Source: an uncultured Phycisphaerales bacterium (GTDB lineage Bacteria > Planctomycetota > Phycisphaerae > Sedimentisphaerales > Anaerobacaceae). Taken from it: DNA of 64,000 nt. Numbering within the stretch: the first letter of the stretch is position 1; every line of letters starts with the position of its first letter. The notes beneath the pieces are model-generated. The model was not told the origin of the DNA. It searched no databases and saw only the letters and a list, made by a program, of their open reading frames with translations. The position numbers were made by a program, and so were the translations under genes. The stretch is taken from NCBI GenBank assembly GCA_963718665.1, contig OY970359.1:192001-256000 (forward strand), read 5' to 3'. Shown piece after piece: positions 9,152 to 18,182 of this stretch.

Positions 9152-11011
9152 CTACATTTGCTCGATGACTTCGATACCCAGAAGATTATGCAGGCCGTGC
9201 TCGATTGTCTTCGCCGTCAAATCGCAAAGCAACAGGCGCGTTGGCCGTTTATCAGCAGATGCGTCAAGAACGGGACAATCATTATAAAAGCTGCTGAACC
9301 TCTGCGCAAGGTCATAAAGATATGCCGTAAGATAATTGGGCCTGTAATCACCCGCTGATGACTGCACCGCTTCGCCATAGCGAATCAAATGCTTCGCCAA
9401 ATCCAGCTCACTCGGCCCTGTAATGCTTAATGTCTTTATGCCCGCAAGCTCTCGCTCGATATCAATGTTCCTCTCGCCGGCCTTTCTCTCAATCGACCTT
9501 ATTCGAGCGTAGGCGTACTGCATATAGGGAGCGGTGTTGCCCTCCATCGCCAGCATCTTGTCGAAACTGAAAATATAATCGCTCGTCCGGTTATTTGTAT
9601 AATCTGCGTATTTCACCGCACCTATACCAACGGCGTTGGCAATTTTTTTCTTCTCATCTTCAGATAAACCCGGATTTTTCTCTTCGACAACCTTCCTCGC
9701 CCTATCGACTGCTTCATCCAAAAGCTCTTTGAGTTTTACGTTCTCGCCCGACCGCGTCTTTAAGGGTTTGCCATCCTCGCCAAGCACCGACCCAAAAGTA
9801 ACGTGAACCAGTTCGGTCTCCGGCTTAACCCACTTGGCCATTCTCGCTACCGCAAATACCATTTCAAAATGCAAACCCTGACGGGCATCGGTAACGTAAA
9901 TTATTTTATCCGCCTTCAATTCCCCTACCCGATATCGAATCGCCGCCAAATCAGTCGTCGCATACAAATACGCCCCATCGCTCTTTTGCACAATCACCGG
10001 CAGCGGTTTGCCTTCCTTATCCTTAAACCCCGCCTGTGGTGAGCCTGTCGAATCCACCGGAAAAACACACACCGCCCCTTCCGACTTTTCAGCAATACCA
10101 CGTTTTAATAACTCGTCTACAACTTTGTGTAACTCATCTTTATAAAAACTTTCACCACGAACATCTTCTTCGGTAAGCGTAGCATTTAAAAGGTCATATA
10201 TTCGTTGGCATTCTTTCAGCGTAATATCTCGCGCTTTTGACCAAAAGCTTAAGCAATCCGCTTTACCCTGTTGTAATCCCAATAAAATGTTTCTAGTTTC
10301 ATTTTCAACATCAGGATGCGGATTTTCGATGGATGCTTTATTTGCTCTAACATACAGCTCTTCCAATTGCTCTAAACTCAAATTAATTCTTTTGAGAGAT
10401 TCCTTTTCATATTCTGTGCGATTTGTTGAATATAGGTCAAAAAGATATTTATCATTATCAGTAAGATTAAAACACGCAACGCTAATTGCCTGAACCACCA
10501 TCCCCATTTGCAGGCCCCAGTCGCCGATGTGATTTTGGCGGATGACCTTGTGGCCCTGGAGCTCCAGCAATCGGCAGATACAGTCGCCTATGATTGTGCT
10601 GCGTAAATGCCCCACGTGCATTTGTTTGGCAATGTTGGGGCCTGAAAAATCGACGACGATTGTCTTCGGCTTTTCGGCCTTTTCTATACCAAGCCGGTCG
10701 GTGTCTTTGCTGATTTGCACAAGATTCGCCGAGACGAATCCGGGTTTCAATCGCAGGTTTATAAAGCCGGGGCCTGCTATTTCAGGCGTCTCGCAAATAT
10801 CGCTGATATCAAGTTTAGCGACGATTTGTTCAGCTAATTTTCGAGGATTGGTCTTGAGTTGTTTTGCTAAGGGCATTACGCCATTGACCTGATAATCGCC
10901 GAATTTGGCATCCGTTGCGGGCCGAACCAAAGCGACACATCCCGCCTGCCCGGAGACCTCGCCCATCACTTCGCTGATTCTCGTTTCAAGTATATTAAGA
11001 ACGGACTGCAT
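9152..11011 (-). CDS. argS: Arginine--tRNA ligase
   Basis: FGDYQ, GPGFIN, DFSGPNIAKQMHVGHLRSTIIGD (HIGH-type motif), GNTAPYMQYAYAR. Confidence 0.97.
   Translation of the reverse strand: MQSVLNILETRISEVMGEVSGQAGCVALVRPATDAKFGDYQVNGVMPLAKQLKTNPRKLAEQIVAKLDISDICETPEIAGPGFINLRLKPGFVSANLVQISKDTDRLGIEKAEKPKTIVVDFSGPNIAKQMHVGHLRSTIIGDCICRLLELQGHKVIRQNHIGDWGLQMGMVVQAISVACFNLTDNDKYLFDLYSTNRTEYEKESLKRINLSLEQLEELYVRANKASIENPHPDVENETRNILLGLQQGKADCLSFWSKARDITLKECQRIYDLLNATLTEEDVRGESFYKDELHKVVDELLKRGIAEKSEGAVCVFPVDSTGSPQAGFKDKEGKPLPVIVQKSDGAYLYATTDLAAIRYRVGELKADKIIYVTDARQGLHFEMVFAVARMAKWVKPETELVHVTFGSVLGEDGKPLKTRSGENVKLKELLDEAVDRARKVVEEKNPGLSEDEKKKIANAVGIGAVKYADYTNNRTSDYIFSFDKMLAMEGNTAPYMQYAYARIRSIERKAGERNIDIERELAGIKTLSITGPSELDLAKHLIRYGEAVQSSAGDYRPNYLTAYLYDLAQRFSSFYNDCPVLDASADKRPTRLLLCDLTAKTIEHGLHNLLGIEVIEQM
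10032..10055. repeat. 24-bp repeat (family B) in frame inside argS
   Basis: GCCTGTGGTGAGCCTGTCGAATCC encodes DSTGSPQA on the minus strand. Confidence 0.75.
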
Positions 11012-11026
11012 CCACGACGACCCGCA

Positions 11027-11100
11027 AAATTCTAAATTCTTACTTCTTACTTCTAAATTTTTAATTATAATTCTCTGTGTGCTCTGTGTCCTCTGTGGCT
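11027..11100. repeat. Heptamer tandem repeats followed by CTCTGTG nonamer repeats
   Basis: AAATTCT x2, TACTTCT x2, then CTCTGTGTG-CTCTGTGTC-CTCTGTGGCT (second copy at 18117-18144). Confidence 0.75.
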
Positions 11101-11115
11101 AAAAAAACTCGGTGG

Positions 11116-11472
11116 CTAAATTTTGACTTTTTTCGCATCGCCCCAGAGCATTTCCAGGTCATAGTAGCCGCGTGACTGCTTATCGAAGATGTGGACGACA
11201 ACATCGACAAAATCGAGCAAAACCCAGTGCGAGGTCTCATAGCCCGCTCTGCCGAAAAGCGACGATTTTTGCTTTTTGGCGATGTCTGTTATCTCGTCAG
11301 CCACGCTTCGCATCTGCCTGTCGCTTGTGCCGGTAAGAATAACGAAATAATCGGTAACCTGCGAGACCTTCCGCAGGTCGAGGACGACGACGTCGGTGCA
11401 ATGCCGCTCGCCGGCTAATTTGGCCGCCGCGACCGCTAATGTCTTTGCCTTACGATTTAATTTTCTTATCAA
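11116..11472 (-). CDS. rsfS: Ribosome silencing factor RsfS (Iojap)
   Basis: DVVVLDL, TDYFVILTGTSDRQ, WVLLDFVDVVVHIF, YYDLEMLWGDA. Confidence 0.95.
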   Translation of the reverse strand: MIRKLNRKAKTLAVAAAKLAGERHCTDVVVLDLRKVSQVTDYFVILTGTSDRQMRSVADEITDIAKKQKSSLFGRAGYETSHWVLLDFVDVVVHIFDKQSRGYYDLEMLWGDAKKVKI

Positions 11473-11630
11473 ACTGTCTTCCTGAAAATATCAATAAACG
11501 ACCACAATAATACAATCAACCGTCCCGTAAGTCAATTGTCTGGCCTAACAACGCCGACTTCGCCCCCGAATTCCTTTACAAAATCGGAAAATAACTCTCA
11601 CATAGGGTGGGTTTTATCCCAGCGGAACAC

Positions 11631-11658
11631 TATCCGCTATACGCTGCACGCTGAACGC
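11631..11658. repeat. Heptamer tandem repeat TRNNCGC x4
   Basis: TATCCGC TATACGC TGCACGC TGAACGC; same family as 22281-22336. Confidence 0.75.
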
Positions 11659-11662
11659 TGAT

Positions 11663-12868
11663 TTACGTGTGATAATCCGCATTTATTGTCACATAACCCT
11701 TGCTGAGGTCGCAGCCGACGCAGAAATCACTGTATTTGCCCACGCCCAAATCAACCGTTATCGTGTGGCTTTTCTGTGAGACAATCTTGCTCGCTTTTTT
11801 GCGGTCGAAATTCGTCGGTGCTCCGTTTTTGAATACCGCTAAATCGTCGAGTTTGCAGGATACCTTTTGCGGATTCAGCTTAACGCCCGATGAGCCGACT
11901 GCGCAGATGATTCTGCCCCAGTTAGGGTCTCCGCCGTGAACTGCGCATTTGACCAAATCATAATCCGCGACCGCTCTTGCTGCCTTTGCCGCATCCGCCT
12001 GGTTTGCCGCACCTGTGATAATCACTTTAAATATCCGCGTCGCGCCCTCCGCATCGAGGGCCATTTGCTTGGCCAAATCCTGGCACAGGTCTATCAGCGC
12101 AGCCGCGAACTTCTTGTATGACGAATCCTGATTTTTTATCAGCTTATTTCCCGCTAAACCAGACGCGAGGATTATCGCCGTATCATTGGTGCTTTGATGG
12201 CCATCAACGGTTAGCTTATTCAGTGAATCGCCTATCGCTGCCTTGAGCGCCTTCGCTAGTAATGGTTTTGTAATCGCGGCATCGGTCGTTATAAAGCACA
12301 AAGTTGTCGCCATATTCGGCCCAATCATCCCCGCGCCCTTGGTTGTCCCGGCTATTACGATTTTCTTACCAGATATCTCAATCCGCCGACAGGCAATCTT
12401 GGCTTTGGTATCCGTTGTCATTATCGCCTTTGTAAAATTCATCCCCGCTGTCGCTGAATCCGACAACTCCCCTATCGCGTCTTCGATACCCGCAGTAACG
12501 TTTCCCATCGGCAAATGCTCGCCGATGATACCCGTTGAGGCAACCAAAACCTCGTGCGGGTCAACCACAAGATAACCGGCAGTTTCCGCGCACATTCGGA
12601 CTGCCGTTTTGATTCCCTTTTCACCCGTGCAGGCGTTAGCATTGCCCGAATTGACAACCACCGCGTAAATCGTATCGCTTTTGGCGTGCTTTTGACTAAT
12701 CTGCACCGCCGCCGAGATGATTTTATTCGTCGTGAACACTGCCGCCGCCTTCGCCCCGGCCGGGCAGACAATCATTCCCAAATCGTGCTTACCCGATTTT
12801 TTTATCCCGCACTTCACACCCGAAGCCAGAAAACCCTTCGGAGCAGTTACCGTATTATCAACACTCAT
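11663..12868 (-). CDS. argJ: Bifunctional glutamate N-acetyltransferase/ornithine acetyltransferase
   Basis: NSGNANACTG, KGAGMIGPNMATTL, VDGHQSTND, DPNWGRI, YVTINADYHT. Confidence 0.97.
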   Translation of the reverse strand: MSVDNTVTAPKGFLASGVKCGIKKSGKHDLGMIVCPAGAKAAAVFTTNKIISAAVQISQKHAKSDTIYAVVVNSGNANACTGEKGIKTAVRMCAETAGYLVVDPHEVLVASTGIIGEHLPMGNVTAGIEDAIGELSDSATAGMNFTKAIMTTDTKAKIACRRIEISGKKIVIAGTTKGAGMIGPNMATTLCFITTDAAITKPLLAKALKAAIGDSLNKLTVDGHQSTNDTAIILASGLAGNKLIKNQDSSYKKFAAALIDLCQDLAKQMALDAEGATRIFKVIITGAANQADAAKAARAVADYDLVKCAVHGGDPNWGRIICAVGSSGVKLNPQKVSCKLDDLAVFKNGAPTNFDRKKASKIVSQKSHTITVDLGVGKYSDFCVGCDLSKGYVTINADYHT

Positions 12869-12901
12869 TATTCACACCTCTTTATTGTCTCGTTGTTTGT
12901 C

Positions 12902-13720
12902 CTATCCGTTGCTAAGTTTGCCTGCGATAGCGATTTCACGAAAACCCGCCATCGGGTCGTAAAATTTCTTACTCAAATCAACGGCGTTTACCATAACGCC
13001 CGCTTTATTCTGCTCCAACTGTCCCGCAATCACCCCATCGGGCTGTATAAAACACGATGGATACGGCGAATAATATCCCGACGCATTTGATATACTCACC
13101 CAGAAATGGTTCGTCGCCGCGTGACACTGCATCGTCTGCCTCATAATATGCGTATGCACGCTTGGCCCTTTTTGCCGGGCGTTATAAAACGATTGAAATA
13201 CACAGTTAACCCCCTGCTTATACAACGCCCTGTATAATTCAGGGAAACGCAAATCGAAACAAATCAGCAGCGAACACTTCACACCATTTATGGTAAAAAA
13301 TACGAACCTGTTGCCGGGCGCAAATCGCCGTATTTCCCCAGCCGTGCAAAACCGCTTGTCATATCTGTCAACCATTTCCCCGTCGGAGTTTATTAGATAA
13401 AGGCAGTTATATGGTTTATCAGGACTGGTTAGCGGATGAACACTGCCCAAAACTACCCACAGTTTCAATTTGCCTGCCAATGTCATTATCCTGCTGGTTT
13501 CCTTTTCGAGGAGTTCCCAGTCGAAACCATCGAAGTTGGGAAAATCAAAACCGATATAGCCCGCCAATGCACACTCCGGAAAATGCGCAATCTCCGCCCC
13601 GGCCTTTTTGGCCTTTTGCATTTGAACGCAAATCTGCTGCGCATTCCGCGTAATCGATGCGCTCACAGCAAACTGACACGTCGCTATTTTGATATTACTT
13701 TTCACCTTTTTCAGTCTCAC
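12902..13720 (-). CDS. Carbon-nitrogen hydrolase (nitrilase superfamily)
   Basis: FPECAL, YDKR and LICFDLRFPE give the Glu-Lys-Cys triad. Confidence 0.92.
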   Translation of the reverse strand: MRLKKVKSNIKIATCQFAVSASITRNAQQICVQMQKAKKAGAEIAHFPECALAGYIGFDFPNFDGFDWELLEKETSRIMTLAGKLKLWVVLGSVHPLTSPDKPYNCLYLINSDGEMVDRYDKRFCTAGEIRRFAPGNRFVFFTINGVKCSLLICFDLRFPELYRALYKQGVNCVFQSFYNARQKGPSVHTHIMRQTMQCHAATNHFWVSISNASGYYSPYPSCFIQPDGVIAGQLEQNKAGVMVNAVDLSKKFYDPMAGFREIAIAGKLSNG

Positions 13721-13737
13721 ATAATCAACCTAATTTT

Positions 13738-14541
13738 TTAAGAAGGTAAGGCGTAAACAATATCAGAGAACGATTTTTCGATATTACCTTTTGGGAAGGT
13801 TATGTGTTCATAATCAGTCCCAATGATGCCTTTTTTAAAATCGATTCCATCCTCACAAATTATGATTATGTACTTGTTGTGCGCCATCGCAAATGTCGTT
13901 TCACCAATTATCCAAGAACTATCTCCTGGAGTAACGAGACAAAGAAAAATATCTTGTGAGAAGATACGATCTTTAATTTTTTGTGGTATATCTCGCGCTT
14001 CATATCCTTCACCTTCAACGATTTGAAACCCAATTCTTCGAAGAAGCTTTTCTAATGCAGCGCTAATATTTCTTCCGCTTTCATCAAATCTATGCGCCAT
14101 AAAAATCGTTTTCTTCAGATTATATCGAGATAGATATGGAGATTTTTCAGGGGTCGGATTAGACGCCTGAAAGATTCTGCGTGACTGCTCATGTAATCCA
14201 TCGAGAAAAGTTAAATCGTCTGCCTCTATATCTAAAGTAATACTCGAAGATGTTAATCGAATACCCCACATGATTTCCTGTTTACCTTTTTTGTTTTTCC
14301 AATGAGAGTGGACATTAACTTCTTGGGGATTTGGATGTTTTCTAAGAATTTTCAAAATATCAGCGTAGTTACGACCTTGAAGCCACTGCTTATCATCCAA
14401 ATCAACGTGATACTTGTCGTTGGAACATACTCCAGTGCGCTCTTCAAATCCTGTTTCGGTAAAATAGGTCTCAATATCACAAAACGCATTTAATAAATTG
14501 AGAGTGCTTGGGTAAATTGAGTATTTTCTACCATCACGCAT
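13738..14541 (-). CDS. Protein with unknown N-terminal domain and C-terminal TIR-like nucleotide-binding domain
   Basis: IFMAHRFD...IKDRIFSQDIFLCLVT...SSWIIGETTFA matches the TIR/NDT-like pattern with catalytic Glu; AT-rich relative to neighbours. Confidence 0.7.
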   Translation of the reverse strand: MRDGRKYSIYPSTLNLLNAFCDIETYFTETGFEERTGVCSNDKYHVDLDDKQWLQGRNYADILKILRKHPNPQEVNVHSHWKNKKGKQEIMWGIRLTSSSITLDIEADDLTFLDGLHEQSRRIFQASNPTPEKSPYLSRYNLKKTIFMAHRFDESGRNISAALEKLLRRIGFQIVEGEGYEARDIPQKIKDRIFSQDIFLCLVTPGDSSWIIGETTFAMAHNKYIIIICEDGIDFKKGIIGTDYEHITFPKGNIEKSFSDIVYALPS

Positions 14542-14566
14542 ACTTTCCTCAATTCTTTAATAGAGT

Positions 14567-15574
14567 TTATTTTAATCCCAGTGTTTCATCCAAACCGAAA
14601 ATTATATTCATATTCTGAATCGCCTGGCCCGATGCGCCTTTAATCAGGTTATCGATAGCCGAGAAGCAAACGACCGTCCCTTTTACGACCGTCGGGAAAA
14701 CGTGGCAGTAATTTGTCCCCGCAACGTCCTTGACGTTCGGGCTGCCCTCGCAAACCTGCACAAACGGCTCACCCGCGTAAAAATCCTTATATAGCTTGGC
14801 CAAATCGTCGTTGTACACCTTGTCCTTCGGCTTGCAATACACCGTCGAAAAAATCCCGCGGTCGAAAGGCCCTGCGTGCGGCTGAAACAGAACACCCACC
14901 CATTTACCCCCCACCTCTACCGCAATCTGCTCTATCTCAGGCAAATGCCGGTGCGTCCCGATGCCGTATGCAAATATATTCTCGTTCATATTCGGGTAAT
15001 GAAATTTAACAGACGGATTTTTACCCGCGCCGGATACGCCAGTCACGGCGTTGACGATAATCTCATAAGGATCTATCAGCCCCTTTTTCAAAAGCGGCGC
15101 AATCGCCAGAATCGCCCCCGTTGGAAAACAGCCGGGATTGGCTACAAGCTGAGCGCCTTTTATTTTATCACGGAAAAGCTCCGGCAGACCATAAACAGCC
15201 TTGGCCAGATTGCCCGTGTCAGTGTGCTTTTGATAAAACTTCTCATACACCGCCACGTCCTTTATCCGGTAGTCCGCGCTGAAATCGACAACCTTCATCC
15301 CCGCCTCCAGCATCTTCGGCACAAAGCCCATCGATACCTTATGAGGCAGGCAGCACAACGCAACGTCCGCCACGTCCGCCAGCTTTTCCAAATCCAGCGG
15401 CGTAACCTCCATTTCGCAGCGGCCCTTGAATCGCCCGAATATATCGCTGATAAGTCCGCACTCTTCAGGCAGCGCGCTCAAATACGTCAGTTTCGCCCCG
15501 CTGTGCCGAAGCAGTATCTCAATCGACTCCGCGCCCGTATATCCGCTTGCCCCGATAATCGCAACACGTACCAT
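14567..15574 (-). CDS. argC: N-acetyl-gamma-glutamyl-phosphate reductase
   Basis: IIGASGYTG, VANPGCFPT, GVSGAG, IDNLIKGASGQAIQNMN. Confidence 0.97.
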   Translation of the reverse strand: MVRVAIIGASGYTGAESIEILLRHSGAKLTYLSALPEECGLISDIFGRFKGRCEMEVTPLDLEKLADVADVALCCLPHKVSMGFVPKMLEAGMKVVDFSADYRIKDVAVYEKFYQKHTDTGNLAKAVYGLPELFRDKIKGAQLVANPGCFPTGAILAIAPLLKKGLIDPYEIIVNAVTGVSGAGKNPSVKFHYPNMNENIFAYGIGTHRHLPEIEQIAVEVGGKWVGVLFQPHAGPFDRGIFSTVYCKPKDKVYNDDLAKLYKDFYAGEPFVQVCEGSPNVKDVAGTNYCHVFPTVVKGTVVCFSAIDNLIKGASGQAIQNMNIIFGLDETLGLK

Positions 15575-15585
15575 ATTTTCTCCTT

Positions 15586-15618
15586 AAAAAAAAGCCGTCG
15601 AGTATTGTTCTCGACGGC
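15586..15618 (-). terminator. Intrinsic terminator after rpsI
   Basis: GCCGTCGAG/CTCGACGGC stem followed by 8 T on the minus strand. Confidence 0.85.
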
Positions 15619-15664
15619 CATTGTAATAATCAAATTGTAGTTTTGCAAACCTGCCCCCAAGGGG

Positions 15665-16120
15665 TTAGCGTTTCGAGAACTGGTATCTCTTTCGAGCGCC
15701 CGACTGGCCGGCTTTCTTCCTTTCGACCATTCTCGGGTCGCGTGTCAGGAATCCGCTTTCGCGCAGCATCTGGGCAAGACTCGGGTCGTATATCTTCAGC
15801 GCCCTTGCTATTCCCAGCACCGTCGCGCCCGCCTGCCCCGTCGTGCCGCCGCCGTTTACGTTGACAAATACGTCAAGCGTCTTTTCGGCTTTGGCCGCCG
15901 CAAGCGGAGCCATCACTGCGCTTCTGTCCTGGTCGCTCCTGAAAAAATTATTAAGCTCCCTCTTATTGATGAGCATCTTGCCGTCGCCGGGTCTTATCCG
16001 CACACGGGCAACCGATGTTTTTCTTCTGCCTGTGCCCCAGTAAAAACCGCCCTTATCTGGCCCTTTTGCCGCCGGAGCCGGCGTCTCTGTTTTTACTACT
16101 GTTTCCTTTGCCTTTGCCAT
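15665..16120 (-). CDS. rpsI: 30S ribosomal protein S9
   Basis: GTGRRKTSVARV, GGGTTGQAGA, LTRDPRMVERKK, QFSKR. Confidence 0.98.
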   Translation of the reverse strand: MAKAKETVVKTETPAPAAKGPDKGGFYWGTGRRKTSVARVRIRPGDGKMLINKRELNNFFRSDQDRSAVMAPLAAAKAEKTLDVFVNVNGGGTTGQAGATVLGIARALKIYDPSLAQMLRESGFLTRDPRMVERKKAGQSGARKRYQFSKR

Positions 16121-16142
16121 AACCTGCTATCTTTCCGAAAAA

Positions 16143-16577
16143 TTATATCTTCATCTCTTCGGGTTTTTGCGCCTGATACGTATGTTCCGGCCCGCGGACA
16201 ATCTTGAGCCGAAGAATCATATGCCTGCCTAATTTGTTCTTCGGCAGCATCCTTTTGACCGACATCTCGATTACCTTTTCGGGTTTCGATTTGAACATAT
16301 CCGCGAACGTCGTGTATCGGTGTCCGCCCGGATAATGCGTGAAATAATCGTATTCCCGCTGTTCGGCTTTTGCGCCCGTAACGCGGACCTTTTCGGCATT
16401 AACGACGACTACACAATCGCCGCCGTCAACGTAAGGCGTATATGTCGGCCTGTTCTTGCCCATCAGTATCCGGGCTATCCTGGTTGACATTCTGCCAAGA
16501 ACCAACCCATCGGCGTTTACCAGCCACCACTTACGCTGGGCCTGCACTTCTTCTGCTTTCATCATAAACGTCTTCAT
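16143..16577 (-). CDS. rplM: 50S ribosomal protein L13
   Basis: RKWWLVNA, LGRMST, YTPYVDGGD, VKRMLPKNKLGR. Confidence 0.98.
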   Translation of the reverse strand: MKTFMMKAEEVQAQRKWWLVNADGLVLGRMSTRIARILMGKNRPTYTPYVDGGDCVVVVNAEKVRVTGAKAEQREYDYFTHYPGGHRYTTFADMFKSKPEKVIEMSVKRMLPKNKLGRHMILRLKIVRGPEHTYQAQKPEEMKI

Positions 16578-16705
16578 ACGAACTCCATACAATCATCTAA
16601 AGCCCCTTATTTTAGCGAATTTCGACGATATGTCAAATGCCTAAATGCCTTTTTTAAAGATTTTTTCCCATTTACCTGTTTTGGGCGGATTTAGCTACCG
16701 CGCAG

Positions 16706-16733
16706 CGTCATTCCGAGCGAAGTCGAGGAATCT
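16706..16733. repeat. CGTC-tagged REP-like palindrome
   Basis: CGTCATTCCGAGCGAAGTCGAGGAATCT; shares the GTCATTCC...GGAATC ends of family C. Confidence 0.6.
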
Positions 16734-16822
16734 GTTAAAATCTTTTGCCCTTGGCATCCTTATCCGTATTTAGTATTTGTAGGGCATGTTTTCCCCCGCC
16801 TCCGGCGGCTTCCGAATATACG

Positions 16823-16852
16823 ACACGTAGCGAAGCGCAGGGCCCGCTTCGG
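16823..16852. repeat. 30-bp GTAG-tagged palindromic repeat (family D), copy 1
   Basis: ACACGTAGCGAAGCGCAGGGCCCGCTTCGG; 29/30 identical to 51270-51299; inverted variant at 29351-29380. Confidence 0.8.
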
Positions 16853-16986
16853 CAATACTAACGACTATCGACTACTAACTGTTCACTGAACGCTGTAAAA
16901 TTAACTGGACAGACGCCTCCGCCGGAGATATTCTCATTTGGTACGGAAATCCAATAAAAAACCATTTTTTTAAGGAGAGGCGAATT

Positions 16987-17736
16987 ATGAAGTCAATCAG
17001 AGCAATTCTGGCAGTCGCGGCACTTGCGGTCGTTTTGTCGGCATCGGTTGTGATAGCGGCCCAGGGCGTTACCGGCGAATGGAATTTCACAAGCAAATTC
17101 GAGGCCATGACATCTGACGCGACAATGACAATTACCAAAAACGCGGACGGCAAATACACCGGGACGTGGTCAGCGCAATGGGGTGAAAGCACACTATCGG
17201 ATATTACGGCAGATGCCGGCAAAGTTAAATTCACCCAGACCAGCAACTTCGGCGGCCAGGATATGAAAACCTCTTACGAAGGCACTCTCGAAGGCGGAAA
17301 ACTCAAGGGCGCAGCCAAAGGCCCCTGGGGTGAGTTTACTTTTGAAGGAACTCGCGGAGAAACAAAAAACCAGGCAGACCCCCTCGTCGGCGAATGGCAA
17401 ATGAATATTATGATCCCAGCCAGAGAAATCGTTGAGAAATTGACCATAACCCAAAACGCCGATGGCAACCTCGCAGGTAAATGGGAAGGAATGCGTGGTG
17501 GAGAAAATACAATCTCCAATTTGAAATTCGCCGACGGCAAACTGACGTTTACGCGCACCAGCAAAATGGGCGGCAACGACTTTACATCGACCTTCACGGG
17601 CACTGTTACAGGCGACACGATAAAGGGCTCTTTCAGCAGTGACTTTGGCGAAAGGGAAGCAACCGCCTCGCGCGCCGCCGCTAAAATGGAAATGCCAAAG
17701 GCCGAACCAAATAAACCCCCTCCCCCCAAAAGATAG
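16987..17736 (+). CDS. Secreted protein with two tandem beta-rich repeated domains
   Basis: Signal peptide; two ~100-aa repeats (GEW...TITxNADGx.xGxW...GKxxFTxTS..GGxD); AGGAGAGG RBS. Confidence 0.8.
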   Translation: MKSIRAILAVAALAVVLSASVVIAAQGVTGEWNFTSKFEAMTSDATMTITKNADGKYTGTWSAQWGESTLSDITADAGKVKFTQTSNFGGQDMKTSYEGTLEGGKLKGAAKGPWGEFTFEGTRGETKNQADPLVGEWQMNIMIPAREIVEKLTITQNADGNLAGKWEGMRGGENTISNLKFADGKLTFTRTSKMGGNDFTSTFTGTVTGDTIKGSFSSDFGEREATASRAAAKMEMPKAEPNKPPPPKR

Positions 17737-17756
17737 GGTTATTCTTTCCGAATCCG

Positions 17757-17800
17757 TATTTAGCCCCGTCATCATCGCCGAAGGCGTGTGACGGGGTTTT
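17757..17800 (+). repeat. TTAG-tagged REP-like hairpin (family A)
   Basis: TATTTAGCCCCGTCA...TGACGGGGTTTT. Confidence 0.75.
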
Positions 17801-17830
17801 GGTATGCTGTTAATTTAGGCAATTTAATCA

Positions 17831-17862
17831 TCCCCCATCGCCAAGAGCTACGGCGGGACAGG
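17831..17862 (-). repeat. CCTGTCCCGCCGTAG repeat (family E)
   Basis: Reverse complement CCTGTCCCGCCGTAGCTCTTGGCGATGGGGGA; same ends as 19565-19600. Confidence 0.7.
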
Positions 17863-18182
17863 CACGCTCACACGCGAGGGTCAAAAAAAATCCGGCGACT
17901 CTCTAAATATTTTTTTATTCTTTACAGCAAAAGAACTTACCGATTTTGGGCATAAAAATAATATGTCGTAACTCCTTAAAACCCACGCAATTTCACCCTA
18001 TATATAGAGGGACGTTGTTCCTCTGTAGCAGCGCAGAAGCACAAAACATTTCGCCCCGGGTGGGCACGGTCGCAGGAACAGAAGTTCCATTTCGGATTTC
18101 AATTAAACCAGAAAAACTCTGTGAACTCTGTGCCCTCTGTGGCTGAAAAATTTGCTCTGTGGCAAGAAAGGGAGAGGACAGT

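Noticed and set aside
13738..14541. Complete CBASS, Pycsar or Thoeris system
   Set aside because: No nucleotide cyclase or ThsA-like gene nearby; only the TIR-like gene is present.
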